A DNA stretch of 64,000 nt, taken from Eremomyces bilateralis CBS 781.70 (Eukaryota). The notes beneath the pieces are model-generated. The model did not search any database. It worked only from the letters and a program-made list of their open reading frames with translations, and had not been told where the DNA came from. The stretch is from the NCBI GenBank assembly GCA_010015585.1, contig ML975157.1; one strand, given 5' to 3'. Positions 25,701 to 38,645 of the stretch are shown here, piece by piece. The position numbers and the translations under genes were made by a program. How positions within the stretch are numbered: position 1 is the stretch's first letter; each line of letters starts with the position of its first letter.

Positions 25701-26659
25701 GTATCCTTTGCGGTGGAGCGGTCCTGCGTCATTTTAGTCTGATGAATATATGCTGTGGGGATAATCCCTTAGATAGGCCACAGTTCACGTTCATTGTCAA
25801 CCGCATACTGCTGAAACTGACATTTGGCAGGTTGAGATGCGGAAAATCCCTCGAGGACTCAACAAACTCGCATCGTTCCGACCCGATTTCATGCAACCAG
25901 CTCCCCCGATACGACTGCTAAGCGATGTCACCCTGCTAGAGGCGATCGAGATAGGGGTGTAGGAACAGCCGAGCGATTTGGTTGAATTCGAAACACAACG
26001 GTTTCGATACTACCCAAGCGATCGAGTTCTAGGCCAACTCTTTCGGCCTATTAATGAGAAGGCGTCCATACAACGTGTCGAGAATGCCTTTACTCCAGCC
26101 AAGCAGGCCACGCTCAAAGAAAAGCTATTTGAATTGATGAGAAAAGAGACGAAATACTTGATGTTTAGCCGCCATGTTGACTTGGCTCGAGAAATCCGAG
26201 AATAGTAGGTCCCGGCATCCCCTTGCCAGCCTTCGTAGCAACAGTGACTGACCAAATACTCCTTCCAGCTACGAAGAAATGGTGGTTGACCTCATGCTCA
26301 CCTTCTCCGTGTCGCCATCCACCCCCTTAAACAAATTCGAAATCGTTGCGGGCAAGATTCTCGGAAGGTCGGATGGGCAGCAAGGCCGGGTCGTCCGAGA
26401 AACGACCATCCAACTTCGGCAGGCGTACGATTCAGAGTGCTGGTGGATTCGCGACTGGATCATCAGCGGTGAACAGGGCGTGGAACATCCGGAGTACACC
26501 TTGGAGTCTCTCCGTCGTGCGCTCGCGTGCTTGTGGGCCAGTACGAAAGAAAAAGGGACTCTGTGGCAAGGCGTGGGAAAGCTGGAATCTTTCTGGATTC
26601 TCTCTGCTTCCGTTGCATTGCAACTACTTGAGAAGTACAAGACGGGTGTCTTTAGGTAA
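22748..26659 (+). pseudogene. RNA-dependent RNA polymerase (RNAi; most like the RRP-3-type clade) with three in-frame stop codons
   Basis: Motifs SNRVLRKY, FLRVVFSDEDG, FLGFSHSSLR, RIGQAFS, FSDGCGTIS, QIRFNGAKG, TRAPTLFPGD, LSGGDLDGD, HSDAVDYSKSG and RPDFM. Introns 24636-24685, 25684-25830 and 26205-26268. In-frame stops TGA 23573-75, TGA 25213-15 and TAG 25960-62. Confidence 0.85.
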
Positions 26660-28749
26660 GATTGCGCTGAGGCAAACATATGGTTTTACCTTGCATTCTG
26701 TATCGAAATTTTCCCAGAGGCATGGAAGAAGTTGAGCAGACGACTGCCGATGACGAGAAATGTGGGTGGGTTCAGTACTTCCCTTTCGCAATTTCCGTAG
26801 GGCTGTTGTGTATATGGCTAGTTAATTGTACCCGCACTTGTGTAGATTCTGTTGTAACTCGTATAAGATCAAGTGCCTTGCCCGGGTTCAACTGATGCAA
26901 AGTTTAGCGATGATGTTGATTGTCACCAAGCGGATAACGGGTTACTCCAGTCCAAACTTCGGTTTGAATTGCTTCTGATCAGTCGACCTTTAGCTACAGG
27001 CTCACTTTCGGCGCTGCATCATATCGCCTGCCTGCAACAGTACAGAGTCCCGGAACTGGCACTACGCGGAAGAGACTCCTGTACTATAGCCGGTATATAG
27101 GGGTACATTGAACTTCAATCTACAAGTCCGTAGCTGACCGCGTAGTCCTGCAACTTCTCGCCTTGGTTGACCCGGGGAGACATAGATCAAAGGTGTGCCT
27201 ATGTCCGATCACGTCTCACGAATCGATCCTTCAAGATTTCAGTAACGACGACAAGTTTTCATGATTGATATCCCAAGGACAATGTGTGAAACCAGCAGCA
27301 GTGGTCTTGCTGCAATTTCTATATGACTGAATTCCTGTACTCGATTTCAATGCACTTATGTTTATTAAATCAGGAGTTCTTAGTGTAGTCATGCAATCGT
27401 GGTGCATCTAGCACATCCGTTCACTGTGCCTATACAACCTGTCAATAGGGGTCAATTAGCCATTCCTCAATATCTGTCGGCTGGGGCAGCCCCGGGTGCA
27501 GAGTTCGTTTCTCGGATGGACTCTTTTTTCTCTCGATTTTTATATTTTCTACAAGAATTTTAGTGCAGATGCACCACTTTCTTGTTCTCATGGGTGGAGT
27601 TGCCCGTGGTATTTCAACCTATACAAACCCCATTTCCAGTACATGATCATATTTCCTACCTTGATCTGGGAATGGGCTCTCGGAAAAGGAAATACATAAT
27701 CGGTTATTGGGAGAACCATAGCATCTGCATATGCAACGAAATCTTGCCGAACGATTTCTTCGGCAAAAGACATAGTTGGTGTACCGTTTGCAACAGGGTC
27801 TAGAAGGTCTCGAATAAGTGGTCATCGTATTGCAAGTTGAATTCCATTTCATTGAACATCAAGGTTCCATTCACCTCGTTTTCGTGATGACTGCTTGGCA
27901 AGCTCCCGCGTAACGCGACGGATTCTTGCGCCCCGAGTATTGACGCTGTGCCTCCATACCTCCACCGCTTGTCAGTGACGTTCCAATGCGTCGTGTATAT
28001 CTCGGTACCTCCCTAGCATGACTCCTCCGATGGTGACACACACGACGATACAGTATCACCGCATGCCAAACACCAAGGACTAGGCAGCGAACCGGGAGGA
28101 GGGAACCCCAGGTCTTGGACCATTGCGTAGCACATCAGCGCACAGCATAAATCGGCCGGACCAACACTAAGTATTGTACTGTGATACAAGACAATCCGCG
28201 ACGTTACTCCCCAGAGAAAGCCACAAATGTACGAGCTCGATCTTGGGAAAGACGTTATCTAGCTTAAACCATGCCAGTACCGCTCCTTCCGGTCTCAAAT
28301 TCTGTGCTGACAATTATCGTGACTTGAGTAGGACCTAGCCAAGCAAAGAAGAGGTTGACTTATGGAACAGGGTCCAATGTCTTGACTGAGGTACGGATTA
28401 TGAGACTCCCGCGCGGCATTTTAAGCTGAGAAATGTAATCTAGGAACAAACATATTGAAACGGAACAGTTGGTTTGGCAGAATGAAAGAACCCCCTGAAG
28501 ATCAACTTCTTTGCAAATAGATGGAATCTAGACCACTACAGGTACGAGACTCACCGCGCTATTCGAAGGGCCGGGTGCTAGAATGCACTAAAAGAGACAA
28601 TGGCATTATGAATCTATCAAATTCATCCAGTCCGTTTGAAACCGGGAACAGAAGTGAGCGATTGAAGTGATCCAAAAGCGTCACACAATATCCAACCACC
28701 TTTGCCGTTTAGGCGTGCTGGCATCAGCTGTCGCCCGTCAGAGTTAAGC

Positions 28750-29655
28750 TGGAATCAAGGTTAAAGATAGCCACAAACACAGTCCAATCATGGATCTGTC
28801 GGTTTGCGCAGCAAGGAAAAGTCACTTTCGGTTCCTGTTCCGGTACTGATGCAAGACAGACTTGTTGCATCGAAGGACCCGAACGCAACGAGTGCACTGT
28901 TCTCAAACTCGGGACGTATTGATTTGCTATCAATGAATACAAGATGTAGTGGAGGGCAGGTGCAAGGAAAGAAATATATGTATCTTGTGGCTACATTATG
29001 TCATAGAAATACCTGAGGTATCTCTGGCGGGACCTTGCCTAAACTACATCGCGGGGGACACTCGGCTTGCTCGAAACACTTCGAATATCCCCCAAGCCAA
29101 TGGGAGAATCAGCTCAAGGCTGTCAAACATATCCGGAAAGCCCCAAGGGATTGGTTATTGGATACTCTACGGTGTCCTGCATATAATCAATATGTTTGTT
29201 CCGGGAAGTTTATAATTCAAGAAGTAGTTTGCGCACCATTCACAAGTCCATCCATTCCTCATACCAAGTTTACGAAGTCCCTTACGTGGACGAATGGTAC
29301 CACACGTATAATGTAGGATACAGCCGTATACGATGCACTACTACAACCTCACAGCACGAGCTGGGTCCACTGTCTACCCCGTACGAGGGGCTGGTAGCAA
29401 GCATGCAGGATCATGCTGACAGAGCCATTGACAGCAGAGATCCATGAAAGGTGCGACGATCTATATCAGGCAGTGTGGCGCTGGTGTAGAGGAGAAGTAA
29501 TAAACCGTCCAATGCTGGAAATATGGACGTTGGACAATGTTGAAGTTGAGTACCTAACAATTGGAAACCAGTGGTGGTTACGCCACGGTCTGGAACCTGC
29601 TGTGGACCGCAGTGTCGTGCATGAAGGAAGCTCTGGGTGTTACCCGGCTGCCTAA
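28750..29655 (+). pseudogene. decayed multi-intron gene of unknown function
   Basis: ORFs at 28804, 29035 and 29413 share one frame, separated by TGA 29014-16 and TAG 29314-16. An in-phase intron (GTACGA ~29381 to GACAG ~29434) removes a third stop. The translation reads protein-like (HFEYPPSQW...LRCPAYNQYVCSGKFIIQE...LTWTNGTTRI). Confidence 0.45.
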
Positions 29656-32299
29656 GCCTTTATGGCGTTGATGTACCGCGCACTACTGATATCCATTCTC
29701 CCATACAACCTTTCGGACATCGCTCCGTCCTGAATTTTACCCACTTTAACCCACACCACTGGCATAGCTAACATCAGCCCATCGCACTTCAGGAACGCCT
29801 AGCTGAGCTTTGTTGTCAACGCGAGATTAATGTGCCTGTTTGAGGTTAGAAGATCCAGGCGCTTGTTCTCGACATCGTGCCCAGACCCCCTGATCCCCTG
29901 ACCCCCTGACCCCGTGAGACCCTACCTAGGAGGCTGGGATTCCAGTGAAGAGCCTCAGTCATAAGTCATCAACCTAGCAGCCCTACCAGATGCTTGTACC
30001 TGTTGGTGGCACATATGATATACGCCAGGTTTCTGGGGTTCCATTAGAATATTTGTTTGGTACGTACGACTTGCAAAGACGCCTCAAAACTAGGTTGCTG
30101 CAATGCGGTTCCGGGATTTCTATCCAAGATGCTGAGGTGGCTGGGACATTTACTCACGGGGTGCAATGATACTGCGTCTCAACATTCAACGATCATTATT
30201 CTGCCGGAGGGCCGGATGAAGACAAGTCAGCGGGCCTAAGCTTGGCGAGACGCGGTAACCAGTCGACTCAGTGTTGTGACGATATCAATATGCGGTCATA
30301 GCTCGAGTTCGTGATGAATACGCGAAGTGGGAGCTCAAGTTCCGCAGCTGCCCCGCATCGTATGCACCTGATAGCACACGAAACCGACATGGATCAGTAG
30401 TGGGGTGGTATGTCGAATGGTAAAGTGCAGGGAGTTACTAGCTCTGGGACTGGTACCGATCCACGGATATCGTGGTATTCCTGGAAGATGTACCATTATG
30501 ACGCCCTCCAGATCGGAACTATGTGACCCTAGAAGTTTCAGATATCAACAATTCCATGGCGATATTGAAGAAACTTTTGGTTTTGGGGGGCTCAAGGGGG
30601 TCCGAGGATGACGAAACCTGATGTAGAATCGGGGAGAGTTGTGGTCATGGGCACCATGCCGTGTCTGTGCTGGACTCCTGTTTCTTTGGTGCTTTGAAAG
30701 CTGCAATCATATCCTACTGCAGCGGACCGAGACGGTCCAACCAAAAGCGCATGCGAATATATGTTGCTTGACAGCTTTACCAACGCGCAGAATCATCCTT
30801 GACCTTGTTTGGTGGGAACTCTCCTGCGACCAGGGAATTCAATTGATGATGCTGGCACTGGAGTACAGTATATCTATCCGCATATTCGATCGGGTGGCTC
30901 AAACGAACAGATTGTGGCCTGGTTTTTGGGTCGGGGACACCGTCCAATCCCGTATCCGAGTTCCTGGGATCCCGTCACCAGCCTGCAAGACAACTAGCAT
31001 TGTTGCATTGTCCTAGACGATGCACTGGTTTGGATCACGGATCCTGGTTTCGCATATCGAGAGGGTTCCCTGTTAGAGCTAGACAACCCGTTCCTGGGTT
31101 CTCATGGTCCAAAGCGGAAAATACAATCGCGATCATTCAGGCTGGAGCAACCAATAATTAGGTGGAAGATAAGGATACAGACACCCCTCTGCTACGTTCC
31201 AGGCTGCAAATGGACGGATGCATTCGCCACTCAATAAATCGTGCCTTAGCACCAGCAGCTGTAACAGACTATATCTTTTGCTAAAGGCCTGGAACATTTC
31301 AGCAAGAAGACGTTGGGATGGCGAAGCGAATCCATAGGATTGAATTCCGCAAGGCGGAGTGGCTGGGGGAATTTTGTCTGATAGCGATACCAGATACCTA
31401 CCTAGTGGTTGGTACGGCATTAACCAGGCAGGTTCGGTTATGCCAAAGACGCACGCGACAGATGTCGTCTATGGTAGAGAGTACTTCGAGAATTTGCCAG
31501 CAAGCGTTCGCAGAAACTGATTTACCAAAGTCGTGATGGTATCCCCTTGATGAACAGGGCGATTTGAAGGATATATGCACGGAATAATAATAACGATGGC
31601 CCTTTTCAGGTCTAGAAATAAAACCCGGGAGCTAGCAAGCTAGCGTCCCAGTGCCGCTCCATTCGGGACGATTTCAAGCCTCGGGCCGCACCACGCTAAT
31701 GATGGCCTCTTAAATTAACCGCATACAGTGCGGTTTTTGGTACGCTAATTATCTTAGCTTGGGAGCTAGGGAACATGCTTAATAAAATCACTCATCACGT
31801 AGCCAACTCTCCGAATAATCCGGTCGAGGGAGTGGCCTAGATGTTGAAGCGTCTCGCAGAACGTTGAACGCCTGGCGCACGAGTGAACTCTGATATCGCG
31901 AACTTCATCCGATTTTGCGGGCAGGCTGGGTAGCTCGGATGGTCAGAAACCACACCATGTGTACATGATACTTGCAGGAAGAGCAGGACTTTCCCCGCAC
32001 CCAATGCATTGCCGGTTCCATCAACAAACAAGCGCGAGAGCTGAGGCAGTGTACCGACCTTGAATTTTGAAAGCTCTCCGCGAATGATAAGAGCTGGATT
32101 TGAAGATTGGTGAACATGCAATGACAAGCGCACAGTGCTAGTATTTCGATTGGCTCGCAGACTTTCGTCTTACAGACAACAAACGCTCGGCAGAGAAGAT
32201 GAACGTCGAAACTTCCTAAAAAGGTTCCAGTTACCTAGCCGAAGCGTCGATCTCTCCCAAAGGTGGACTTCCTATCTGCCCTTCGTCCTGATCTGGGTG

Positions 32300-33360
32300 C
32301 AACCCCAGACAATGACCTCCAACCTTCCCCTGACTGGGTGTCGTCCTCATTTTCCCTTTCGCATGCTAGTTCTAGGGCTTCAACGTGGCGCTTTGTGTAC
32401 GTATTGTTCACTGTTTATGGCAATCGGTTCTCGAATTGCATGGGTATGTCAGATGTCCCATGCCCGGCGAGGAACCTTTGGCTGATCGACAAGTCAACTT
32501 CCCACAAACTCCTAGTCCTCAGCTCTCTACTGCCACGCTGAGTGACGTCAACCGCTGCTGGAAGTTGGTGTTCGTGAATCCAAAGTACCAACAAATGTCA
32601 AGCCCTCTAGGTACCAGGATGGCTACTAGGATGTTGGTAGGGATTGATTCCAGAAAAATCCTCCGAGGCCACTAACCGGATCCAGGCTCTCGGACGCTCT
32701 CCAGGGCGCCATGTCAACCTGTTTCCACTTCCATTTTTGTCGGGTTTTACTGAGCACCATGAGACGGCGCCATGTTTGTAAGCAGCAATCAAGGTGTATC
32801 ATGTACAACGATGAGGAGTCCCAATCGAGCCGGAGCTATTCTGGAGGCGTCCCGACTGAGCTGTCCCAAGCACCAGTCATCCATGCTGTTCCGTACCCGA
32901 CTTTTCCAGGGCGTCTCTTAATATCGGTACCACTTATTCCCTATCCGACGGCAGGATGTATCAGTGGAAGCGTCCCGATCATTAATATATATCCCCGCAT
33001 TGGATTCATTGGGAAGGCATTGGCAGCACACTCGGCTCACAGTTATGAGTATGGTTACGATATTAAGAGGAAACGCGGACGCCTCCTCTGTCACGGTTGT
33101 TTCTTCCTAGGTGGGGATCCGCGACGATTCGGGAGATCGTCAATCATTCTTTAAGACAGCTCCGTCCCAACGATATTGTCCTGTCTCGGAGTCGGATCGA
33201 CAAATTCGAAATCGATTGGCCTTCAGGACCATGACTCTAGGATGTCCCCTAATCTCTTGGAACTCATCTGAGCGACTAGTCCGCATGCTTGAGTTTGGAC
33301 AACGTCTTATTTCCAGGCTACGGGTGAAACTTGCTTCGCAGTTGGACTACTGACGATGAC
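32300..33360 (+). pseudogene. HET-domain (heterokaryon incompatibility)-like remnant
   Basis: Degenerate motifs occur in the expected order across frames: CTYCSLF, PARNLWLID (cf. RLIDV), ATLSDV (cf. ALSYVW), RCIMYNDEES (cf. CIIQDD) and GQRLISR (cf. QERLLSR). Many stops and frameshifts. Confidence 0.35.
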
Positions 33361-35223
33361 CTGATTATGCATGGCATCACCATTTTCCTGATCGAGCCCT
33401 TCCGTCAGTGGGATCACAAATCACTGGCATGAATAGTTCCGCGGAGGATTGTGCGAGCGAAATTGGGGTCGATTTGAGAGCCTGGAGACTCAAAGCCCTT
33501 GTTTCGACAATCAAGAATCCTTGCAAGACTGTTCCTTCTGAAATCGCGGAGGATCGAATAATACATGTAGATACCAGTATTTTATACCCCCTAGGGATCT
33601 CTGAGTTTTTGAATTTGAATTCTGCATTATCAACCGCACTTTATCTCCATTGCTCCAGAACTTGGGTATGGTAGGTATAATATACGATACTGGTTCATGC
33701 AGCAGTGCAGTGTGTACTTGAGGCATCATGAGGCATCCCATAGCTCTGCGCGCCAGGCGTGCTTCCGCCGGCCCCAGGGGCCTGACCTGGTGCTCTCGAC
33801 CCCAAAATAAGCTTCAGCCTTCATTCAGGGTCACTGAATTTCTTTTGCCAAAATCTCAGAATAGATGGGTTGTTGACCGTATATTGAATAAACTCAAGAC
33901 AAAGAAACCATATATCATGATTTGTCTGGCAGCTTAGCCGGGGGATATGTTCCGAGAGTTATGGAAGTGGACGACTGGGAAATTGGCGAAGATGAAAGAG
34001 AATGAAAGGGTTTGGGAGAGGACCGCCGTTCTCGTTCCTCCTTATTAGAATTCCATCTGCACCCACCTCTTGATTAATTTGGTTGCGCGAACCACTGGGT
34101 AGTGCGAGCAAGTGGCTAGAAAGTTGAATTGATTCAGGTACATTACTCCGTGCCAGGGCACTGAGTACATACTACATAGGAACCCGAGTCTCAGGAATGC
34201 TTATGCTGTCATTGAAGATGCCACCGTACGTGCTCAACCTGTTAAGGGTGCGATCGAACAAGTGCTCGAGTTAGACTGCGGAAGAAAAGTTGAGCTCGTC
34301 AGCCTTCTTCTCGTCGTACCACCCCATGTGTCTCAGGCCGCCCAAAGATTGCGTGAGTTTAGTTAGAGGGACGCGCGCTGGCCTCGATAAACTTGCTAAT
34401 TCTGGCAGGATTGATTCTAATATGGGCGTGGAAACGCTGGCCCTGAACACGGGTATCAGGTTTACGTGAGTAAGAATAGAGGCGACATTGGTATCAGCAC
34501 CTTTCTTGGATCTATATCTGTGTTCTGAAATGGATCCAGCAGGTCCCCTTATTTTCTCAATTTCTCGATTATGATGCGCCTCTTCCACGTTCCCCGTCTG
34601 GCTGTCCTTGCCTACCTCTGGGGCGTGTTCCACTGCACCTCGTCCCGCACAGTCGCATTACACCCCCAAATGCACGCCCCCAATGTTACCGCCGCGCCAA
34701 TTCCCCCCTTAGTACCTATTCAGACTCTGCTCTTGTCTTTTGCACTCCCATAATCACAGCTGCTTCGTTTCCGCCTTTCCAACCATAGGGTTCTAGGCTG
34801 CCTGTGCTTGAATCTGTAAGCCTTTCGCCTTTTGGGCGTGGAACAAACAGAACATATATCTCCCCAGCCGGGCACTGGAAGCCCCGTCCATGTTCTTCTC
34901 TCGTTTGTTTCAATATGAAAATATCAATGACCGCCTTGCCCTGCCCTGTTTTCTCGTTGCAGTCCATTTATGTCGATAATGGCGTCTGATATGCCATTAT
35001 AATCTCCCTCCCGATGACCTGCATCCCGTCCTGGATCGGTGCCACCCTGCTTCGCCTCTGAGAATAAATAGGAATTGCCGATTTTCGGATTGCTCAGCAA
35101 GAAATCTAATCCATTAATATTTTGCCGATCTCCTACCTTTGGGCCGCTCTCCTCCCCCTTCTTTGAACGTCCACCTTCTTCCGCGTGCGAAAACAACCAC
35201 TTCGTCCGGCTTGATTGCCCGTC

Positions 35224-38200
35224 ATGGTGTTCTGTACCTACTGCGGACAGTCCTTTACTCGGGACGAACATCTCGAACGGCACATTCTCACTCGTAGGTT
35301 TCAGACTGCCCCATCGTCCAACTAGCTAGTCGAACTAGCTCGCATCCTTAAGTCAGGGTTAACTAAGGGTGAACAGATACGAACGTGAAGCCTTTCAAAT
35401 GCCTCACTTGCCATATGTCGTTCGCTAGACGGTAAGCGGCCATATATTCCTGATAGCCTAGCTCTTTGCTTTGGTTTCCACCTTGATGATTTCATCCCCC
35501 GATCGAAAGCCTAGGGGATCATATGAGCTTGGTTGACATGTGCGAGCAGGGACTTGCTTCAAAGGCATTATACCGTTCATGGACGGGATGCCAACAATCA
35601 AGAAGGCCTCCCAAACACGGCCATGATGCCAAGGACCGCTGGTCGGACACCAATCGCTTGCTCGAACTGTGCAAAAACTAAGACCAAGTGTGACAAGAAG
35701 TTCCCCTGCAGTCGGTGTGCTGGAAGGAATCTCAAGTGCACTCTAAGACCGACTCGCCGAGTTTCTCGTCAGAATATACCCCGAGTCCCGTCGGGCGAAG
35801 AAACCTCGCAGATGCTCCAGAAGCCTCAACCACCCGGAGATGGGTCAAGTACTGCCCAGAACGGATCAAAAGGGTCCCCAAATTACTCTTCTGGAAGCTC
35901 TCCGCCATCTCAACAGACAGCCATCCCCCAACCTCTGATTATGCAGGCAATTCAGACACACCAATCACATTCCCGTCCGGAGAATACGTTGCCTTCACCA
36001 AAGGAAGGGAAAGGGACGATTGACGGTGCGCCAACATACTTCGACACCGATTCACCTGAGGCGACTTCAGCCATGCTTGCTGGTGTACTCTCCCCATTGC
36101 CGACACCCACGTCCGGCTTTATTCAACAGACTCCGCTCTCAGGATACGAAGACTTTATCGGCACAACTCGCCCTGATTCCGGGGATGGTTCATCCCCTCC
36201 ATTCCTATTGGACTGGGCATCTGGAATGCATATCCCGGGTGGATTCGACCCAATGACGGGAAACATGATGTTGACGGGAGATATCGGTCTGGATATGCAC
36301 GGAATGACCGGCACCAGTGCAGCTGATGGGATGTATACCATGATCCCCGAGTTCACCCAAGCACTCCAATCAGTGCAAACGCCGATTACCACCCCTCCGA
36401 TACTTGAGGGGTCAATTTCGGAACAGGACACCGTCGGCGGTGGCAGCTCGGGTCCCGGTTCGGCTTTTTATGCATCTTCAACGCCTCACACTCATTCACG
36501 CTCACAATCTCACGCCACCTCGCGTCAAACCTCCATCTCACTTCCGGGCCCGATGATTCCTTCACTTTCGAACACTGGTACCGATGCCAGTTCCAACTCA
36601 ACCCCTGGATCCAACTCTTCCTCATCCTCTGAACTACCTGCTATCATCGCGGCTCAAGATTCTTGGACCTGTTTTCGGTGTCTCCCCACCACCCCACACC
36701 ATAATTGTCCGAAAACAGCTAGACTGAATCTGGAAAAGCTAGAGCAAAGCCTTAAGAATCCAGAAATTTGGAGCCAATGGGGCCCTAGTTGGGATGAGTC
36801 TGAGGTGTATGGTGGTTGCTCGGACTATCTTCAGGCCGTTGGCTTGCATGAATGCACTCGGGACAAGCTTCTCGCGATCACCCAAAGCTTCCTGCACAAG
36901 GCACTCGAAATTCACAAAGACCCGACAGGGACTCCCAATCTATCCAACATCAACCTCAACGGCGCGGCATCTCCGGCTCCCGGCACTTCTAACTTCGTTC
37001 TTCTACCTCCGGGTCGAATACTTGAACACCTGCTCCGCAGCTACTCTAACAGTGTCGAACGTTTCTTTCCCTTGACTCCTCGCTCCACTCTCGACTGCAA
37101 TGCATTGTTATCCCGTCAGGAAACCCCAGATAAGGCTTCTGCATTGCTTTTACTCCTCATGATCTCCGCCGGCGCTTCGACATTGCCTAACCCAGAAGCT
37201 CGGTTTCTTACTGGTGGACTCGTCGAAGCTTGTCGCATTAGTCTTTTCGACCTCATTGAGAAGAACATCATCATGGCAGGAGACTTAACAGTGCTCCACT
37301 CGGCGTTGCTTTTCACCAGCCAAGCCGCATGGTCCGGCGACAAATGGCAGATGGATATTTCTATGGGTCAACGTGGTATGTATACCGCCATGTTGAGGCA
37401 CAGCGGCTATTTGGACGCTGTTCCGGTTAGCCCATCCATTCAAGGAATGGATGTCGAGGCGATTTGGAAGGGTTGGCTTGAGCAAGAGGCCAGAAGCAGG
37501 TGAGTGTTCGCCCCCATATTTTCCGGCGTTTCGCAAGTGGCATTGTTTTTCTTCTGAGGCTGACTGTCGTATCGATATCCAGACTTATGTATTCTTGGGC
37601 GATGATTGACCAAGATCTGTCACTGTTCCACGATACTGCTCCTCTTTTCAATGTTACCGAGTTCGCGGCCGCCATGCCAGATGCAGAGCATCTCTGGCGC
37701 GCCAACTCCGCGGAGGAGTGGTCGACGTTGTTTGAGCAAGTTCACTCCTTTGGTGGCGGGTACTCTTCCGTGGGGTCTGGCGTACGCCCCTCAAGCCTTC
37801 GAGACGTATTTCGCCAGTTCTTAGACGACGAGCTACAGCAAGGCTGCGAGCTTACGCCTCTACACTTCCGTCTCCTTCTGCATCCCTTGCAAGGGCTCGT
37901 GAGCCAATACTGTCAACTGCTCTCTTACTTCTCCTCGGAAAGTTTAAGTGGCCAACGGCGGCACAGTCGTCCAATGTCTGCAGCCTCGACTCACGGACGC
38001 CTAGAAGAGGTCCAATCGCTCTTGCAGAGATGGTACGACTTAGCCAATGGATACGTCAAATCGCAGCCACTATGCCCAGTGATGCAAGCCAACCTAGTAT
38101 TGTTCCATCTTATCTTTCTCAACGCGATAACCAACTTCCACGAGATTGAGAAATTAGCCCGCCGAGAGGCCTTCGACGGAACATATGCCCAGCTTGTTTG

Positions 38201-38645
38201 GCACCATAAACAGTGCATATTTGACGTCGAAGAGGCCATAGTCCACTGTGGACAAGTGCTACGACTTGTTCGAGGAATGCCTAGCGCAATCCGCCCTATG
38301 TGGTGGCAGGCTGCTGTCTATCGGGCGGGGTTGATTCTGTGGGCGGATAGTCTGACCCACACGGAGAACAGTTTGACAACTACACTAGGAAGCAGTGGAA
38401 TCTTCGCTAGCGTGGCAGGATCAACATTTGCTGTCGATGTCCTCTCTCTGGAACATCCGCTTGTCGTAAAATACCTGACGAAGCGTGAAGGTATGCCGGC
38501 GTTGACAAAGCGCGACGGCAGTACTGTGCTATTGGATCATGCATACACAGTACTAACGCATTGCGTAGACATCATTGACGAGGGCGTATCGACTCGATTC
38601 GGAGATGGGCTCAGGAACAAGCTCGAGAGACTCTCTCGAGGTTGA
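35224..38645 (+). CDS. CMR1: Cmr1/Pig1/Zmr1-type melanin transcription factor (2x C2H2 + Zn2Cys6 + fungal TF domain)
   Basis: MVFCTYCGQSFTRDEHLERHILT|HTNVKPFKCLTCHMSFAR|RDLLQRHYTVH, ACSNCAKTKTKCDKKFPCSRCAGRNLKC and AAWSGDKWQMDI. Introns ~35294-35377, ~35432-35549 and 37500-37582. Confidence 0.95.

Noticed and set aside
26203..26208. TAG TAG at the end of RdRP ORF 25978-26205
   Set aside because: It overlaps the GTAGGT donor of intron 26205-26268. The spliced sequence reads EIREYYEE, so it is not a fourth stop.
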